Below are positions 57,020 through 64,000 of a stretch of 64,000 nt of DNA, piece by piece. The stretch comes from Octopus vulgaris (lineage: Eukaryota). Both the position numbers and the translations under genes were made by a program. Numbering within the stretch: the stretch's first letter is position 1; each line of letters begins with the position of its first letter. The DNA lies in assembly GCA_951406725.2 (NCBI GenBank), contig OX597815.1, forward strand, positions 94,178,001 through 94,242,000, given 5' to 3'. The notes below the pieces were generated by a model. The model was given only the letters and a program-made list of their open reading frames with translations. It was not told the DNA's origin and searched no databases.

Positions 57020-57130
57020 TGTGTGGTAACGAAACTTACTGACAACAAAATACAGGAGACCATTACCGAATGGAGTGACTCGGAGGTTATAGCAACCAGA
57101 GAAGTCCATGATGATGGTACCATGACAGTT
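57020..57130 (+). CDS. FABP: FABP/iLBP-family gene, coding exon 3 (CVVTKLTDNKIQETITEWSDSEVIATREVHDDGTMTV)
   Basis: Pyrimidine-rich ttcag acceptor. 111 nt, phase 0 at both ends, consensus gtaagt donor. TREV..DG.M matches the FABP xREL.DG.L strand and keeps the conserved Arg. Confidence 0.85.
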
Positions 57131-58752
57131 GTAAGTAACATGGCTGGGATATTTCATTTATTGGGTTATTGATTTATTGTTTTATTGATGATTTACTTAA
57201 TGGTTTGGTTGATTAACTACTTAATTAGCGAGTATTAACAGATAATTATTGAGCAAGTTGCTTAGACAATTAGTTATTAATTAATTAAGATGTTAGTTAA
57301 TTAATTAAATGAAAACGTGAGTATTTAGTTAGATAATTAATTACGTAATTTGTGAATTGCTTAATAAATTAGCTTAAGTTAGTTAATTGGTGTCTAAGTG
57401 AGGCAAAATATCATTGCAGACACCCTTTGATTGCAGTGCGGTACATAGGTATCGTCTGCTAAACAACAGTTGCAAAAACAAATATATAAACTAAATGAGT
57501 AACGAACTGGGTAGAAATATTCGGTATAACTCATTATTTAATGTTCTAGATGCAGTGTGTCTGAAATCAAGACAGGTTAGTTTCGCTTGAATCCGTTTGA
57601 CCAGGCTAGCAACAACAAAAAACAAAAAAAGAGAAAAGAAGGAAACCTAAGGAATCGAAGAGACAGAAGTTTATTATCGATCCAAACAACGTTCGATAGT
57701 GTCTGCTGGCTACAGCTGTCGCATTTATCCATGGAACAGAGCTCTATGCATGATGCAAACAGCAGCATGAAAGTTAGAGAGGAGATCCTTGAAAAGTATT
57801 GTGACTTCAAAAGATTCACATCCAGCAAAATTGCATAGCTCTATCGCAACTGAACATCTGACCAATAGCTTTCTGCTTATCAGGGTAAAGTTATGCATGG
57901 TTATGTCAGAAAACCTCAAAATGACAGTAATGTATATAATATATTAATATAACAAGCGTTATATTAACTCTCGTTTAAAGGGAAAACTTTTGCGATCTGG
58001 GAACAGAAAATAACAATAAAGTACACGATGCACAAAAAAGATATGATTCAGTATCAGATGTAATAATCGGTGCAGACTCCGAAAATTTGATATTGAGGCT
58101 GTAACCCACAATATAAGCAGCTGTCTGGAAATATCTTCCCGATGCTATATGCTATCACACAATACTTAATCCTGGTATACTCAGGAATGTTGTATTAATC
58201 ACATAAACTATCACCAAGCACACCTCCAAAATGGGTATGACGCATATTTAGCAACCTTCCGCAATGCCCGTAATCAGTACTGACCATACTGGATCTGTTC
58301 AAATGAGGGTGGATCAAAAGAGACTCAGATCACGTGAATCCTGGTAAATAACTAATAGAATATTCATCTGTGGCAAACATATTCCTACAATCATGAATGG
58401 ATCTGAAGCAATCTCATCATCCTCTGACAAGCCCCAAAATTTGCAAAAGAAACTTATTTGCTAAGAACTATCAAAATCCACTGGACTTTCCCACTAGTGC
58501 TAACACTTTTACGGATATGTACTTGCAATTGTTGTCACTATGATTATAATTACTAGTATTGTTAGTACATTATGGTACATACATGTACTATTTTGGTACA
58601 TATATTTACTATTTGGTACATATATGTGCTATTTGGTACATGTACTATTTTGCTACTATCACTGCTACAGAATTTGCCGCTCCTACCGCCGCTTCTGTCA
58701 CTACCACGACAATTACAATAACTACCACTACTAATGCTACCACCACTACAGT

Positions 58753-58824
<72 letters not shown>

Positions 58825-60094
58825 TACCACCACCACCACCGACACCACCTACGATTCAAATGGTATTCTTGGAAAAATGAGGTTGACAAGAGAGAATGAA
58901 GAGAGGACAGATGGAATATATGAAAGGTAGCTAGATACCAAAAGTCATTGATAACCAGAACGGCTGACTTATGCTAACAAAAACAAAAACAACTGCAAAA
59001 CAAACATCGCAAGCGATATATACCGCGATATTATCGAAAATTTTCACAATTTTTTGTCAGTGAACAAGTCACAGTTTCGAGCGACGAAAAGTTTGACACT
59101 ATATAACGAATAAATGTTTAAGTGAAGTTAATGGTCTTTGTAGGCTAACTTGTGCCTTCCACATTACAATCACTCATACGTTTATTTTGACCTTGAAATT
59201 TATGTCAAGGCGTTTTCTAAACTCATAAACGATCTTAACGTGTTAAAAGCAAGTGACCTAGATCAAACATCAGTCATCGAGTTGAAAAGCTTCTCTTCTG
59301 GTAAATCTAATAGATCGTTGTCTCAGGAGGAAATACTTTACTTGCTTACGGAAGAGGTTTCTAGTTTTTCCAGTTTTTCAAGAATCTGGTAACCGTTTCT
59401 TTCCATCTTACTGTAGGCCAAATAGCCTATTGGGCATTAGAAGAAAGTTGTTTAAATCTATCAGCAGTGAGTACATCATTAACCACTTGAATAAAGTCAA
59501 ATGCCTGAGTTAAAAAGAGTGATAAGATGAAGATTCGGAAACTAGTCTGGATGCATGAAAATGTCCGCAAATTGGATAGCAAGACTAGAAAGATATAAAA
59601 CAAAACACCACTGGAAGCTTAAACATCAACAGTGACACCGACAGGATCTATGTCAGATGGAGAAACTGAGGTAGCGACTTAAAGCAATTTCAAACAGCCT
59701 TAGAGCAAAGCGTTGTATCTCATAGGGAACTTATATTGAAAAGTGAAGAGAGAAAGGAATTACATAACATGTATATTCAAAAGTGAAAGCAATAGTATCT
59801 TGAGGTTACGCGAAGAATTACTGTATAGAGATTCTGAGTGTATAACAATTCCTTGTGACACAAGAAGGGAAGCTGAATTGACAAATATGAACACTATCGT
59901 GGAGGAGAAAGATGTATTATAACAACAGAGAGTTATGCATCAGTGCAGGCATGGTTGTGGGGTTCAGAAACTCATTTTGCAAAGCCGTGGTTGTGGGATT
60001 GACCTTACAGTTTAGCTCTTTAAGCAAGTGTTTTCTGCTACAGCTTTAGGGTGTACACACACACACACACACGCGACGAGTTTCCGATTGTCTA

Positions 60095-60400
60095 TTGCAC
60101 TATAGTGCAAGTCAGATACAACCTCTGTCTTATATTGGATTAATTGCAAGCTCTTTCAAAAACAGATTTAGTCAATACAGGAATTCGCTTCGTAACCCTA
60201 GAAGAAAATACGTGATCACACCATCGTCTAAATTATGTTGTTTGAATTATTACAAACCTTTCAAAATCCAGTATAAAATTCTATCACATGGTAAGTCTTA
60301 TGTACACAAATCTTTCCAAATCCGCAATTCATAATCAAATTCCAATTGATCAATAAACAACCTGAGCTAGTCAATTCTTTCAGTCTTAAGGCATCTTAAA
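60095..60400 (+). mobile_element. Penelope-like GIY-YIG remnant
   Basis: YIGLIASSFKNRFSQYRNSLR...FKIQYKIL..GKSY parallels the 24898 ORF. Confidence 0.6.
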
Positions 60401-60644
60401 TATGGAAATACTTTAAACCTGTCGTTATCTCAAAAGAGAAATTTCTTTACATCTTCGCACAACTTTATAATCCCTCTCTAAACAACATACACATTACAGA
60501 ACTTATATTAGTTCTACTCATAAATCGCAATTACTATGTCATTGTATGAAAAAAATTTCTAACATTCTTCTGACATAATGACTCAAATATATATTTTTTA
60601 ACCTTTTAAAACAAGCCTTCTGTAGTTTTTTTCACTTTTTACTA

Positions 60645-60723
<79 letters not shown>

Positions 60724-60998
60724 TGCGTGTGTATAAGAATAAAACGCTTAATATATTTACGTATTTTAAAATATTGTAATTTAAAGGATACATGTATCTT
60801 CATTCACTATACATCTATTAATGTGTTTACAACTGTGAATGAACATTTTTGCAATGCCTGTTGTGACAACCACACGCGACCCTCAGAATTAGCCATTACA
60901 AGAATTTAACGAATATGGGTGTTAAGAATCGGAAACTGCTTCCGTTACTGAACATTTCAACAACAATGTGTATATTTGTCCTCATCTTGTTTGTTGTT

Positions 60999-61044
60999 AA
61001 CACAACGTTTCGGCTGATATATCCTCCAGACCTCATCAGGTGTC
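60999..61044 (-). ncRNA. Minimal type I hammerhead ribozyme motif (antisense partner)
   Basis: Minus strand: gacac-CTGATGA-ggtctgg-aggatata-tcagcc-GAAA-CG-TT-gtgtt. Confidence 0.62.
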
Positions 61045-61197
61045 TGGGGGAAATTTCGAACCTGGGTTCTCATTCCTGTCGTTATTATTATTCTATCACG
61101 CTCTTAACCACTACGTCATATGTCCATGGGCATATAGTGTAGTGGTTAAGAAATCGGGCTACTAACCCAAGATTCCGAGTTCGATACCAGACAGTCA

Positions 61198-61274
<77 letters not shown>

Positions 61275-61287
61275 TATTATTATTATA

Positions 61288-61791
61288 AATGAAATCCAAA
61301 CTAAAAATAGAACAGCAACGAACCATGATAAAATACTGGGATATGCCGATACGCACAGATAGAGAAATTAAGGCCAACAGACCAGATATAGTTGTCAGAG
61401 ATCATGAAGAAAAAAAATGCTTTCTAATTGATATATCAACACCGGCAGATGACAACGTGTCTCTAAAAGAAATGGAGACACTTTCAAAATACAAAGACCT
61501 GGAAATAGAGGTAACCAGAATGTGGAATCTAAAAACAGAAACAATTCCTATCATAGTAGGTGCATTAGGCATGATAAAAAAATATTCAGACAAATACATA
61601 ACAAAAACACCAGGACTTAAAAACACATATAACATACAGAAAATTGCACTACTAGGCACTGCACACATCCTACGCAGAACACTTTCCATACAATAACCAT
61701 CAGAGCATCACAACAAATCACAGCACATACCCAAGGCACACAGAGCTGCGCTCGGTAGTGAAGTGGAAAGCACGCTATAAAAATAAAACTA

Positions 61792-61797
<6 letters not shown>
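61288..61797 (+). mobile_element. Internally deleted Dong-like LINE copy in (TAA)n
   Basis: Nearly identical to about 9011-9057 joined to about 9470-9930. RLE frame open at 61289-61696. (AAT)n on both flanks. Confidence 0.9.
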
Positions 61798-61859
<62 letters not shown>

Positions 61860-61908
61860 CATCGAAAAATACCTTAGGAATGAGAACCCAGGTTCCAAAT
61901 TTCCCCAA

Positions 61909-61954
61909 GACACCTGATGAAGGCTGGAGGATATACCAGCCGAAACGTTGTGTT
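61909..61954 (+). ncRNA. Minimal type I hammerhead ribozyme motif
   Basis: gacac-CTGATGA-a-GGCTGG-aggatata-CCAGCC-GAAA-CG-TT-gtgtt. Intact core, 6-bp stem II, 5-bp stem I, ACGU palindrome in place of stem III. Confidence 0.7.
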
Positions 61955-62201
61955 AACAACAAACAAGATGAGGATAAATATCCGTCAAATGTAAATAATG
62001 TAAATAATGTACATATATAGACATTATATTTTCCTAATAAGAATAGGTGACTGGGACCTTAAATCTCTATGAACATCGTGCGAAATCTAGATTATTTTGC
62101 TGAAGCAACGTCACGAGGAAAAAAAAAGGAAAAATCAATAATCTCGCGTCAGTTTGCGAGCCCGGCGATGAAAACGTAATATTAGGATACCCAATGAACT
62201 C

Positions 62202-62308
<107 letters not shown>

Positions 62309-62322
62309 CGTGTGTAGATATA

Positions 62323-62843
62323 CGAGGGGAATTAAAAAATTATCCACACTTTCACCATAACATATCTTTATTACTTTCAGAGTGCCTTCTGCGCACGTGA
62401 TCGAAGTTTGAGCCTGATCGCGCCATTTTTGTTTCTGGTTTTACAGTGTAAGCATGGCCGCTCCGACTAGCAACGTGCACCAAAGAAGAACAAAGAGCAG
62501 TGATCTAAGAGATGATAATGGTGAACCGATTCACCATTACCATCTCTCGAGTTTGTTGAATCTTCTCGCTAGCGATGGAGGTTGATAGGCGTCCTGCTCC
62601 CTTTTCTTGCGTCACGCTTGTCCGGCCACTTTTAAGCTTCTCGTTCCACTCATACACTGAATTTCAGCACCTGACGCACCTTTCGACCAGAGAAATCGGA
62701 TCAGCCAGAAAGAGAAATGGCACGATCAGGTTCAGACTTCGACCATGTGACCACAATAGTACCAACTATAAGCAAGCATGCGCAGAAGCAGTGTGACAAT
62801 AATAGAGATATGTTATAGCGAAAGTGCAGATAACTTTTGACTT
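62323..62843. mobile_element. Mariner-derived element made of two inverted 5' ends
   Basis: TA|CGAGGG start. Diverged inverted arms of about 120 bp. MAAP/LATCTKEEQRAVI on + and SVYEWNEKLKSGRTSVT..AGRLSTS on -. Confidence 0.65.
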
Positions 62844-63479
62844 AATATATATATATATATATATATATACATACAACTACATTTTCAGAATTTAGTCAGG
62901 AGGAAGGGTAATGCTCATCTTTTTCAGGGTCGTCAAGAGTGGTGAAAGGATGAGGGTGGATATGCACAAACTGAAAGCCTTGCCTTAATGTTTACGACAA
63001 GGTAGATTTCGCTAAGGGCACTCAAGGATGAAGTGTCGCTGTTAACGGATGCTAAGACAGAGAATAAGGTATTGCTGTTAACAAGTTAACGGGTTAAATC
63101 TACAATACAAATAAACCAGCGTGAGATTTGAATTCAGAATGTCAAGAACCACTCCAATGCCCTATACTAATACAAAATTTATTGACCCCGGAAGGAGGAA
63201 ATGCAAAGTCGACCGCGGTAGGATTTGAACTCAGAATGTGAGAAACCAGCATTTTGTTCCGCAGAATTTCGACTCCACTTAAAATACTAGAATTACTGAG
63301 TAGCGTATCGCAACAAAAACCTGGAGGAGAAATACTCTGTATAAGAAAAAGAGAAGTAGGTTATGTATCGGTATGCTTCCCATAAACTGAAGGATGATGC
63401 TAATATCGAGAAATGTAACATTTTATGTACGTTAACATAAACGTTGGTCACGTATTAAAAGTTACTCTTTTGCGCTCGA

Positions 63480-63850
63480 AGAGCTGCATATAGCTAAAAA
63501 TTTTCAACTGCACGAAAGGGAACGTGAAGAGCTTAAAACATATTCAAGATGGGTGCTTGAAATATCGATTACGTCATGTATCTAAAGAGGATATTCTACA
63601 GAATGTCGTCAATGTATTATTTTCCCAAGTGGCATAATGTTGCAGCTTAAAATAACATTTAACGTCATCTGCAGGCAGCAGTGTCGAAAATATCGTAGAT
63701 AAATGTAGAAAATATTTCTTATGCTGAAGCTTACAAAGTTCCAACAGAAGGAAAATTGTTTCCATTAAAACTTTCGCAAAATGCAAATATAACAGGCCTA
63801 ATATGGTTATTTGTGATAAAAAGGTAAAAAGAATAAACAAGAAAATTGCA
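63480..63850 (+). mobile_element. Decayed RLE LINE fragment (related to the 43711 family)
   Basis: RMSSMYYFPKWHNVAA and IKTFAKCKYNRPNMVICDK on +. Confidence 0.55.
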
Positions 63851-64000
63851 GCAAAGTTGCGTGATAGTGGTATCAAACATGGCATGCAGACCACCAGATC
63901 ACTTGTTAGACATTCGCAGTCCGTCCTTTATTCATCTCTTCTGTTTTATTTTGACATGCGCATTGTGTTTTTCTTTTTCTTTTCTGTTTTACGAATCCAC

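Larger units (their letters stand above)
60969..62013. mobile_element. Palindromic tRNA-head/hammerhead-tail element, copy B (with a nested Dong-like insertion)
   Basis: Inverted tails 60969-61077 and 61858-62013. Back-to-back tRNA-like heads centred near 61126. (AAT)n spacers. Confidence 0.78.

Noticed and set aside
58559-58930. Thr-rich mucin-like ORF
   Set aside because: Derived from (ACT)n/(ACC)n repeats inside a presumed intron, with no splice support.
55600-59700. Complex-looking intronic stretches with short ORFs on either side of exon 3 (e.g. ATGLDYWRM on -)
   Set aside because: Probably very old TE remnants, too decayed to assign confidently.
61128-61203. tRNA gene
   Set aside because: A and B boxes are present but there is no complete cloverleaf or acceptor stem; treated as a SINE head.
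62889-62945. Candidate FABP exon 4 after ttttcag
   Set aside because: Translations (NLVRRKGNAHLFQGRQEW*, GRQEW*) lack FABP C-terminal character.

Overview
AT-rich, microsatellite-saturated eukaryotic (animal) genomic DNA. The SINE, LINE and Penelope content suggests an octopus (coleoid cephalopod); this is an inference. Almost all ORFs in the supplied track are translations of simple repeats. One host gene can be assembled by hand on the + strand: a divergent fatty-acid-binding-protein (FABP/iLBP, calycin) gene with exon 1 at 42155-42236, exon 2 at 53858-54036 and exon 3 at 57020-57130; exon 4 probably lies just beyond the window end. The rest is mostly transposon-derived: R4/Dong-like RLE LINEs sitting in (TAA)n and (CATA)n tracts, several Penelope-like elements, Tc1 and mariner relics, tRNA-derived SINE families, Helitron-like pieces and a possible TRIM. 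The most notable hidden signal is a set of type I hammerhead ribozyme motifs. They include a recurring palindromic element (40020-40616 and 60969-62013) built from head-to-head tRNA-like Pol III heads, (AAT)n spacers and outward-facing hammerhead-bearing tails; one copy puts a hammerhead on the sense strand of the presumed FABP intron 3. All motif calls were made by eye and need computational or biochemical confirmation.
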